This document shows, piece after piece, positions 56,914-64,000 of a stretch of DNA of 64,000 nt. This DNA is from Nostoc sp. Its GTDB lineage: Bacteria; Cyanobacteriota; Cyanobacteriia; Cyanobacteriales; Nostocaceae. The stretch's first letter is position 1. Each line of letters begins with the position of its first letter. The DNA lies in the NCBI RefSeq assembly GCF_036917675.1, contig NZ_JBALCT010000051.1, positions 17,675-81,674 on the forward strand, given 5' to 3'. Position numbers and translations under genes: made by a program. Below the pieces are notes generated by a model that worked only from the letters and a program-made list of their open reading frames with translations, had not been told where the DNA came from and did no database searches.

Positions 56914-57906
56914 ATGAGTATTTTTAAAGTTGAAGTTGTCAAAATCAACAGCATTAATCCTCATCCTAATGCTGATAGGCTAGATATTGCCTCTATTGAA
57001 GGTATGGGATATCAAGTAATTATAGTCAAAGGTAACTTTCAGTCTGGTGATTTAGCTTTTTACTTTCCTATTGATAGTGTTATTCCAGAAAACTTTTTAG
57101 ATCAGTTTGGTATTCGTAACTACTACTCGAAAAAACTGCGTGCTGCCAAACTTCGCGGAATTTTTTCTGAGGGTTTGCTTATTCCCGTTGGTAATAACTT
57201 TATGGGAAATGTCGGAGACGACTACACGGAATATTTTGGTGTAACAAAGTACGAATATCCAATTCCTCAAGGGATGAGCGGGGAAGTGGAAAGTTTTATT
57301 GGATATTACAAATTCCCCAGTCCAGAAAACCTGAAACGTTACAAAAACATCCTAATTGAAGGTGAAGAAGTTGTTGTAACAGAGAAGTTGCACGGAACTA
57401 ACTTCACTGTTTTAGTTGATGCTGATGGCACAACTAAAATTGGCAGCCATAATTACTTCTGGAAAAACAGCGAAGTAAACAAAACATTAGTTTATATTCG
57501 TGCTTACAACGAAAACGAAGCTTTCCAGAAACTTCCGCCAGGAACTCAGATTTTTGGCGAAATCTACGGCGTACAAGATATCAAATACGGCTTGAATAAT
57601 GGCAATATTGGAATTGCTATATTTGCTGTGCGTCGCGGCAGTTATTTTTTCAATTACAGCGATTTTGTGGCTTTTTGCGAAGAATTTGCTTTGCCGAAAG
57701 TACCTGCGCTTTATATCGGTGCTTACACTTGGGAAGCGGTGTCTCAGTTCAATAATGCCAATAGTGTAGTCAGTCCCAATTGCATCATGGAAGGCGTTGT
57801 TGTGCAACCAGTCATTGAGAAAATGCATCCAGAAATAGGTAGAGTAGTCTTAAAATTGATTAGCGATCGCTATCTGCTCCGTAAAGATGGAACTGAACTC
57901 CATTAG
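56914..57906 (+). CDS. ATP-dependent RNA ligase, DraRnl (Rnl5, DRB0094) type: N-terminal OB-like domain plus C-terminal nucleotidyltransferase
   Basis: The N-terminus V.KI..I.PHPNADRLD is OB/tRNA-binding-like. Motif I is VVVTEKLHGTNF, with the lysine at residue 158. At 330 aa, size and order match DraRnl as I recall it. Confidence 0.7.
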   Translation: MSIFKVEVVKINSINPHPNADRLDIASIEGMGYQVIIVKGNFQSGDLAFYFPIDSVIPENFLDQFGIRNYYSKKLRAAKLRGIFSEGLLIPVGNNFMGNVGDDYTEYFGVTKYEYPIPQGMSGEVESFIGYYKFPSPENLKRYKNILIEGEEVVVTEKLHGTNFTVLVDADGTTKIGSHNYFWKNSEVNKTLVYIRAYNENEAFQKLPPGTQIFGEIYGVQDIKYGLNNGNIGIAIFAVRRGSYFFNYSDFVAFCEEFALPKVPALYIGAYTWEAVSQFNNANSVVSPNCIMEGVVVQPVIEKMHPEIGRVVLKLISDRYLLRKDGTELH

Positions 57907-57945
57907 GTTCAACTCGAGTTAAGGTGGCGATACCCTAACTGAGCT

Positions 57946-57968
57946 TACGAATTACGAATTACGAATTA
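57946..57968. repeat. TTACGAA heptamer array (3 units). The same unit occurs at 54063..54081
   Basis: ttacgaattacgaattacgaatt. Confidence 0.85.
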
Positions 57969-57973
57969 TTCGA

Positions 57974-59473
57974 TCAAGGTAGCCATCGGGGATGAAATCC
58001 GGCTAAGGGGAGTTGTTCTGGTCTAATTTCAACTGTCGCAGCATCAGCGATGGGTAACAAAGGCATTAACCACAGACTACTGGTAGCGATCGTATCTCCA
58101 TCATCAGTTTTCAAAGTGTTTGCGGGTAATGATGCTGGGGGGTTTGTCTGCGGTACTACTTGATCAAATAACAAGCCCAAACCATCGGCAGATAAACTCA
58201 TTTGCACATTCCGTTGAGCGGGCGGCAGTACTAACAGTGGTTTCTGTTGCCCGGTTTTCAGATCAATTGCCACCACATAAGGCTGTTCTATATATTGTTC
58301 CTTGGATATTAGCTGTGTCAGCAAGCAGTAGAGGGTGGGTGAGGCGATGTCAAATTGGCAGCTGAGAATTGACCCTGTAGTTTTTAAAAGTTGTTTCTGC
58401 ACACCTTGGTTTGTCACCAAAAATAAATCTCGCGTGTAATCTGTATTAAACTTTACCATCGCTGCTTGAGAGCCATCTTTGGAGAAAGCCTGTACCAAAC
58501 CAAACTGCGGCAGAAAATCTAGGGGTTTACTGGCATCACCTTGCAGTGGTAAAATCGCTGCTCCCTGTCCTTGGGCAACTGCTACGGCTTTACTATCTGG
58601 CGTGATCATAAAGTCTCCTCCAGGTTGGCTTTTCAGGCGTTTCGGTGCGGGTTTTTCTCCTGAACCGTCGCTGGTTGCTGGCATAAACCATAGTCCAAAG
58701 TCGCCGGGATTAGTTTTGTTTCCCCTCTGGATGACAATAGTTTGCCCATCAGGTGATAAGTCAAATTTCAGGTTTTGATAATCTTTACTATCTAAAGTCA
58801 GATCAACTTTGCCTCCTGGTTCTACTTCTTTTGCAGATTTACCAGAAACGCCTGTTGTCACTGTGTATAGTTGGGCTGAAAGTAAGTCTTGGTTGTTTGC
58901 GGCGCGAGCAGAAAATAAAATTTTCTCCCCATCAGGAAATGATTCAAAGTCAATTACTATCAGGTCTTTGGGGGTAAGTACTCTTTTTTGCTCTTGGGTC
59001 AAGTTGTAAAGAACTAACCGTCCCTGTTCTTGTTGATCGGTTCCAATGTAAAGGATGACGCGATCGCGTGTGCGGAAGCTACCAACAAAGGGCTGGATCA
59101 CCCGATTTTTGCCTTCTTGCTGGGCAAACTTATCTTTGGCTCCCTGTAACTGCACTTTATAATTCGTGCCATAGGGTGCTGGTGTCACCAGTGTATAAAC
59201 CATCCGCCGACCTGCCCAACTGAATTTCCCTGCTAGAGGTGGCTCGATTTTTAAGTTATCCTCTACGCTTTTTATTTCCATTGGGCGGCTGAAGGTGACG
59301 GTAAAGGAGTTATCTTCTGCCCCAATTTGTTGATTTTGCCAGGTAAATTCCCGGACACGAGCTGTTACCACATCACCTTGCAATATCATCAACCCAATTA
59401 GCACACTCAGCAGTAGCATCAGTGCGATCGCGATACGATCAAGTGGTTGGATAAATGCTTTAGATTTAATCAT
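57974..59473 (-). CDS. Membrane-anchored periplasmic protein with Ig-like (SbsA-type) domain and beta-propeller-like region
   Basis: N-terminal TM (IAIALMLLLSVLIGLMIL), then FTVTFSRPMEIKSVEDNLKIEPPLAGKFSWAGRRMVYT, then repeated ..SPDG.. blades. Confidence 0.7.
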   Translation of the reverse strand: MIKSKAFIQPLDRIAIALMLLLSVLIGLMILQGDVVTARVREFTWQNQQIGAEDNSFTVTFSRPMEIKSVEDNLKIEPPLAGKFSWAGRRMVYTLVTPAPYGTNYKVQLQGAKDKFAQQEGKNRVIQPFVGSFRTRDRVILYIGTDQQEQGRLVLYNLTQEQKRVLTPKDLIVIDFESFPDGEKILFSARAANNQDLLSAQLYTVTTGVSGKSAKEVEPGGKVDLTLDSKDYQNLKFDLSPDGQTIVIQRGNKTNPGDFGLWFMPATSDGSGEKPAPKRLKSQPGGDFMITPDSKAVAVAQGQGAAILPLQGDASKPLDFLPQFGLVQAFSKDGSQAAMVKFNTDYTRDLFLVTNQGVQKQLLKTTGSILSCQFDIASPTLYCLLTQLISKEQYIEQPYVVAIDLKTGQQKPLLVLPPAQRNVQMSLSADGLGLLFDQVVPQTNPPASLPANTLKTDDGDTIATSSLWLMPLLPIADAATVEIRPEQLPLAGFHPRWLP

Positions 59474-59603
59474 TGGTTATTGGGCATTGGGCAATTCAAT
59501 TTTGGATTTTGGATTTTAAATTTTGGATTAAATTTCAATCTAAAATCCAAAATCTAAAATTCTTGCTCCCCCACTCAGCACTCAGCACTCAAAACTCAGC
59601 ACT
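59471..59603. repeat. Composite heptamer block: ATTGGGC units, TTTTGGA units facing inverted TAAAATC units (hairpin), then a CTCAGCA array (4 units)
   Basis: Read directly from the sequence. The block fills the whole spacer between two minus-strand genes. Confidence 0.9.
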
Positions 59604-59639
59604 GATGAGGGGCATTGGTCATCAACAAATGACAAATGA

Positions 59640-60413
59640 CTAATAACTATAGGGATTCTGTGGTTGAGGAATCTTTTTGAGAGAGGTAGCGGCAATGGTA
59701 AGTTGGCGTTTACCTGACAAATTCTCTGTCACCATTTTTCCTTCGACTTCCAGCCAGGTATCAGGGGAATAAGGTTCTTGATTGTTTGGGAGTTTGACTG
59801 GTAATCCCACAGGGTAAGCATCTGCTGCACAGCAAGTTAAGACAAATCGTGCTAAGAACAAATATTCTTTTCCTATATCCGATGGGTGGATGACAAATCC
59901 CTGCACCTTGACTTTTTGACCTGTGTATGTATCTGGTTCTGGATAGACGTTGACGGTGCGTACCCAGTCTACAAGCGATCGCTCCTCTGGACGAACAGTA
60001 GCCCGAAAGGCTTGGGGTTTGACTCGTGTGCTTCCTAATAAATCAGCCGTCACACCCCTTTGGAGTGCTTTGTCACTAGCAAAAACTTGTGGTGTAATGA
60101 TAAAACCTAGAATCGCTGTGGTCAACAACAAAGCACTGCCCCAACCAGGGGGAAATAAACTAATATGCGGGGAGTTTGACGTCACATCACGGCGACGCCG
60201 TTGCCAAAGTTCCTGCATCTTGAAGAAACCAATAATGATCAAGCAGATACCAGTCACGACCACGAACCAAATGTAATTTGGGTGAATCAACAGGTTCAGC
60301 TTGTTAGTTAGCCAATATCTCAACATCAAAACGCCCCAAGCTGTAATTGCTATAGCATCCAGCCAAGGGAGTAACAGATTTGGGATTTTAGATTTGGGAT
60401 TTTTATTATTCAT
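59640..60413 (-). CDS. TIGR03943/DUF1980-family membrane protein (partner of COG0701 permease)
   Basis: Two or three N-terminal TM segments. The C-terminal domain has F.LARF...CCAADA. The N-terminal codons (NNKNPKSKIPN) are encoded by heptamer repeats. Confidence 0.75.
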   Translation of the reverse strand: MNNKNPKSKIPNLLLPWLDAIAITAWGVLMLRYWLTNKLNLLIHPNYIWFVVVTGICLIIIGFFKMQELWQRRRRDVTSNSPHISLFPPGWGSALLLTTAILGFIITPQVFASDKALQRGVTADLLGSTRVKPQAFRATVRPEERSLVDWVRTVNVYPEPDTYTGQKVKVQGFVIHPSDIGKEYLFLARFVLTCCAADAYPVGLPVKLPNNQEPYSPDTWLEVEGKMVTENLSGKRQLTIAATSLKKIPQPQNPYSY

Positions 60414-60473
60414 TAATCAAGAGTCATTAGTCATTAGTCATTGGTCATTGGTGATTAACAAATGACTAATTTT

Positions 60474-61526
60474 TTAAAGGACGTGCAAGTTCAGGAAAAG
60501 GGTGAACACAAATGTTAATTGTGCTGCTAAAGCAAATAAGTAAAAAACTGTTTTCGGTTTAAAAATGGATAACAGCAAACCAATACCTTTGATGTCAATC
60601 ATTGGCCCAAACACCAGGAATGCCAACAATGAACCACTGCTAAAGGTTGAAGCAAAAGATAGAGCAAAGAAAGAATCAACTGTAGAACAAATTGACACCA
60701 CTACTGCTAATATCAGCATGACCACAATTGAGGTAATTGGCCCAGCACCCAAACTGAGAATCCATTCACGGGGAGCTAGGATTTGAATAGCAGCAGCGAT
60801 CGCACTTCCTATAACCATGATTCCGCCCAGTTCTCGGAATTCTTGGATGCTATTATCTACAACTAGGCGCAGTTTATCTGCAAGCGGCTTATTAGAAGTA
60901 GAGTTGGAGGTAGGTGGTATCAAATTAGCATCTATCCGCAGAGGTATACCCGCTTTTCCCCCTAAGATATAAGTCCCGGATTGCAAGATATTTGGTACTG
61001 TTGCTTCCTGTTGTACTTCGTAATGTTTACCACGGCGTTTGGTTTCAGGCTGCGCGGGTGGATTAAACTTCATATAACGAGCGATCGCAGGTTGGAGTAT
61101 AGGATTTAAGTCCTTTTGAAAACTGAAAACATACCCGATAATTGTGGCAATTACTAGGGAAAATACGACTCGTAAGACCACTATTTCCGGCTGATCTCGA
61201 AATGCTGTCCAAGTTGACCAAATTACAATTGGGTTAATTGTTGGTGCTGCTAGCAAAAAACCAATTGCGACTGGTGTAGGTACTCCCTGAATCAGGAACC
61301 GCCGCGCTACCGGTACATTCCCGCACTCACACACCGGAAATAAAAAGCCGATCATACTGCCAACTAAAGCACCCAGCAGTGGATTTTTGGGCATTTTTTC
61401 TACTAATTTGCGCTCATCAACAAAAAACAGCAGCAAACTGGAGAATAAAACCCCAAGAAGCAAAAAAGGCATCGCCTCGACTAGCAGACTTAGAAATAGC
61501 GTAAAACCATTGTTCAATTGATTCAT
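60474..61526 (-). CDS. COG0701-type permease with CxCG motif
   Basis: Motifs EAMPFLLLGVLFSS and FLFPVCECGNVPVARR. About 8-10 TM segments. ATG at 61526 is preferred over TTG at 61541. Confidence 0.8.
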   Translation of the reverse strand: MNQLNNGFTLFLSLLVEAMPFLLLGVLFSSLLLFFVDERKLVEKMPKNPLLGALVGSMIGFLFPVCECGNVPVARRFLIQGVPTPVAIGFLLAAPTINPIVIWSTWTAFRDQPEIVVLRVVFSLVIATIIGYVFSFQKDLNPILQPAIARYMKFNPPAQPETKRRGKHYEVQQEATVPNILQSGTYILGGKAGIPLRIDANLIPPTSNSTSNKPLADKLRLVVDNSIQEFRELGGIMVIGSAIAAAIQILAPREWILSLGAGPITSIVVMLILAVVVSICSTVDSFFALSFASTFSSGSLLAFLVFGPMIDIKGIGLLLSIFKPKTVFYLFALAAQLTFVFTLFLNLHVL

Positions 61527-62220
61527 GGGCGTCGCAGTCAAAAGCGGTTTTGAGTTTTAGGGTTCTGCCTAGTCATTCATTCTATCGAAATGGGGATCAA
61601 AAGCAGTTCGGGAAAATTAAACATTATTTAAGTAGCAAGTTGTCTTACCTTGCTAGTAGCGCTTAAGCGTTGGAAACCTTTGATTCAGCCAAGATCGTAA
61701 TTTTTACCTGAGTGCATTTACTGAGGATGACCATTTCTAAGATTGTCTAAGTTCAGGAATTGTTCCGCTCTAGAGGGCAAGTAGCTGCATAGATGATTTG
61801 GAATTACCTATGTTTATACTTACAGTAATTTGCTGGATAAGATATTAGCTCGGCTGTACTTTCATCAAGTATTCACAGTTATTCGACATTTGGCGGCGCG
61901 AATAGCCCGTCGTAGACATCGCTCTTGGTTGCTACCATCATTGATTTTGGCTAATTCTGGCAAAAATGGAGCTGAGCTTTAGTTGATTTTTTACTATAAC
62001 AACTCTAAAAAGGCAAGACTAAATTTTAGCAAACAATCTAAAAATCACCATCAGGCTAGAAACCTGGATGGTAGTCACTACAACGGAGAAGTCGCACGAT
62101 GAGCCAGCACGCTCTTCTGGCTTGGTGCTAGCTTCTCCCAATGTAAGAAGGGGAAACGTTAACGGCGAACAAACGTCTGGGAAAATCCCATGAGCGACTG
62201 GTATCAGGTTTCGCAATTTA

Positions 62221-62625
62221 TTACCAAATAGTTTGAATAGTTGTTAATGCTTGAATTTGCAAATCACGGGTAACTAGGGGAAGACCTAAACAAAAAGCAG
62301 TAGCTGCTATGATCCTATCTGGCATATCAGGAACAGTTGCTCTGTTAATTTGTCTCGTTGCGCCCGAAATATTACGATCTAAGGGTGCTAATACAATACC
62401 CACATTAGGGTCATCCAGAGCATTTAAAATTCGTGTTAATACCTCTTCTGCAAAGCGTCCCTTCTCAACCAAATAAGAAATTTCAACCACTGAAATAGCT
62501 GAAACATAAATAGGATTGCCATCGTTGACTGCTTGTTCCAAAGCTGTTAAGGCAGTTTTTGATAGTCTCTCTAACTCAAAAATATACCAAATTAAAGCGT
62601 GTGTATCTGCAACTACTGATGTCAT
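62221..62625 (-). CDS. vapC: PIN-domain VapC toxin
   Basis: MTSVVADTHALIWY...ISVVEISYL....DR.I.AT.....LPLVTRD. The acidic PIN residues are present. Its ATG shares one nucleotide with the antitoxin stop (TGATG). Confidence 0.85.
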   Translation of the reverse strand: MTSVVADTHALIWYIFELERLSKTALTALEQAVNDGNPIYVSAISVVEISYLVEKGRFAEEVLTRILNALDDPNVGIVLAPLDRNISGATRQINRATVPDMPDRIIAATAFCLGLPLVTRDLQIQALTTIQTIW

Positions 62626-62849
62626 CAAACAATATCCCTAGGAAAATTCCCCCACATTTCTTGACGAGCTTCAGTAATGTCTTCTTCAGTAATATCCACT
62701 GCTAAATCAGCACATAACCCTCTGACGCTACGTAAGGGAGTTTTAGGAGTATTTTTTTGATACAAAAATTCTGCAAAATTCAATAACTCTTGCTGCTTAT
62801 CTATAGGTAGCTGGCGCAATTTTTCCAAAACTGCTTGCTCAATATTCAT
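62625..62849 (-). CDS. VapB-position antitoxin (DUF2281-like)
   Basis: MNIEQAVLEKLRQLPIDKQQELLNFAEFLYQKN lies immediately upstream of, and coupled to, the PIN gene. Confidence 0.7.
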   Translation of the reverse strand: MNIEQAVLEKLRQLPIDKQQELLNFAEFLYQKNTPKTPLRSVRGLCADLAVDITEEDITEARQEMWGNFPRDIV

Positions 62850-62922
62850 ATATTTATCACCTTGTCTACACGTCAATCACAACCCCGACTTATTAAATAA
62901 GTCGGGGATATGGTGTTCGCTG

Positions 62923-63990
62923 TTATTTACGTTTTGGTGGAATTCCCCAAATCTTGATTTGTTGATCAAATCCACCACTGGCAAGAATTTTACCATTTGG
63001 ACTAAAAGCGATCGCACTTACCCAGTCTGTATGTCCACTCAGTGTATTTACTAACTCACCTGTAGTTAAATTCCACAACTTAATCCCATCTCTACCAGCA
63101 CTAGCAAGGGTTTGTCCATCGGGGTTGATAGCGATCGCATTCACCCAGTTATTATGTCCTGTAAAGGTGCGGACTAATTCTCCAGTATTAATATTCCACA
63201 GTTTGACTGTGCGATCGCGGCTAGCACTAACTAATGTTTGTCCATCTGGTGTAAAGATAACAGCGCTAACAACATTAGAATGAGCGACAAATTCACTAAT
63301 TAATTTACCAGTACTCAAATTCCACAGCTTGATTACACCTTTATTATCACCACTAGCCAAGGTCTGTCCATCAGGGCTAATGGCTAGGGTATAAATCAAA
63401 TTATCAAATTGTACTAAAGTCCCTAGAGGGCGCTGCTGTAGCAAATCCCATAGACGAATCCCATCCAAACCTCCACTGATGAGAACTTTACTATCAGGAG
63501 ACACCACTAAAGATAATACATTACTGGTATGTCCGACAAAAGAACGGCTAAATTTTAAATTTTTCAGGTTCCAGAGGTTAATCGTGTTGTCATCACCACA
63601 GCTAGCTAGGGTTTGCCCATCTGGCGAAATCACTAAAGATTCTACGGCTGCTTTGTGTGCTTTGGTAATATTCGCCAACTTTTTGCCGTTTGCTGGATTC
63701 CACAGGAGAATTATACCCTCGTTTTCTGCACCTCCACTCACAAGAATTTTACTATCTGGACTGAAAGCAAGGGATTTAACGGTTCCGTTATGTCCTTTGA
63801 GTGTGTAAAGTAGTTGGGCATTAGCAAAGCTGTTGGTAGTTTGGGAGTTTGGCGTTACTTCAATGGCCGCATAAGCTTCATGAATGTAAAACCCTTCCCA
63901 GATAGTCACTGGAAGGGCAACAGCTGCCATAAATGCCAGGATAATATATGGCCGCAGAAAATTACCCCCACCTCTTCCCTCACTACTCAC
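62923..63990 (-). CDS. WD40-repeat protein with N-terminal membrane anchor
   Basis: Seven units of ..GH...V.S...SPDGQTLASG..D..IKLWN. A TM segment lies at residues ~15-35. GTG start 10 nt from the window edge. Confidence 0.85.
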   Translation of the reverse strand: MSSEGRGGGNFLRPYIILAFMAAVALPVTIWEGFYIHEAYAAIEVTPNSQTTNSFANAQLLYTLKGHNGTVKSLAFSPDSKILVSGGAENEGIILLWNPANGKKLANITKAHKAAVESLVISPDGQTLASCGDDNTINLWNLKNLKFSRSFVGHTSNVLSLVVSPDSKVLISGGLDGIRLWDLLQQRPLGTLVQFDNLIYTLAISPDGQTLASGDNKGVIKLWNLSTGKLISEFVAHSNVVSAVIFTPDGQTLVSASRDRTVKLWNINTGELVRTFTGHNNWVNAIAINPDGQTLASAGRDGIKLWNLTTGELVNTLSGHTDWVSAIAFSPNGKILASGGFDQQIKIWGIPPKRK

Positions 63991-64000
63991 TCTTTTTCCT

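Noticed and set aside
61542-61700. Zur/Fur-type operator upstream of the COG0701-DUF1980 permease operon
   Set aside because: No convincing AT-rich palindrome of the TGATAAT.ATTATCA type was found in the 160 nt upstream of the start codon.
62019-62216. 65-aa minus-strand ORF, and a possible structured RNA downstream of vapC
   Set aside because: The ORF has no start context or motif. The hairpins CCATCAGG/CCTGGATGG and GCCAGCAC/GTGCTAGC are present, but I could not match the region to SRP, 6S, tmRNA or any riboswitch consensus.

Overview
This is a chromosomal segment from a filamentous heterocystous cyanobacterium of Nostoc/Anabaena type. The evidence is abundant HIP1 GCGATCGC sites, STRR-type heptanucleotide tandem arrays at most gene boundaries, several families of small MITE-like dispersed repeats, and a PetF that is near-identical in pattern to Anabaena ferredoxin I. 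Housekeeping genes: srxA-like, a SpoIID-domain gene, petF, a biliverdin-reductase-like gene, map, rplU-rpmA, aat, rpsN, nth, rseP, serS, a Hik2-like kinase, a thiO-thiG fusion, cimA, a CruA-like flavoprotein, and a COG0701/DUF1980 permease pair. Accessory islets are interleaved with them: (i) 9.4-14.7 kb holds an extra type IA topoisomerase, RelE/Phd and HigBA modules, an integrase relic, a MITE and a displaced 3-prime fragment of the neighbouring phosphoribosyltransferase gene. (ii) 18.0-19.6 kb holds decayed brnT and hicAB remnants next to an AT-rich orphan with an HEPN-like RNxxxH motif and a C-terminal multi-Cys zinc ribbon. (iii) 29.9-41.2 kb holds a three-gene array of secreted SLH / beta-helix / VirB10-like proteins with shuffled modules, an HTH-NACHT STAND NTPase, a PEP-CTERM protein and a TPR protein. 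(iv) 52.3-57.9 kb holds a class-V aminotransferase, sulfite oxidase and TauE cluster, then a DraRnl-type RNA ligase behind two MITEs. (v) A VapBC pair and a WD40 protein lie at the right end. Small repeats are inserted in frame in three conserved enzymes, a MITE supplies one gene's C-terminus and stop codon, and two genes carry in-frame stops. No rRNA gene, tRNA gene or CRISPR array was found. All functional calls rest on by-eye motif recognition without database searches.
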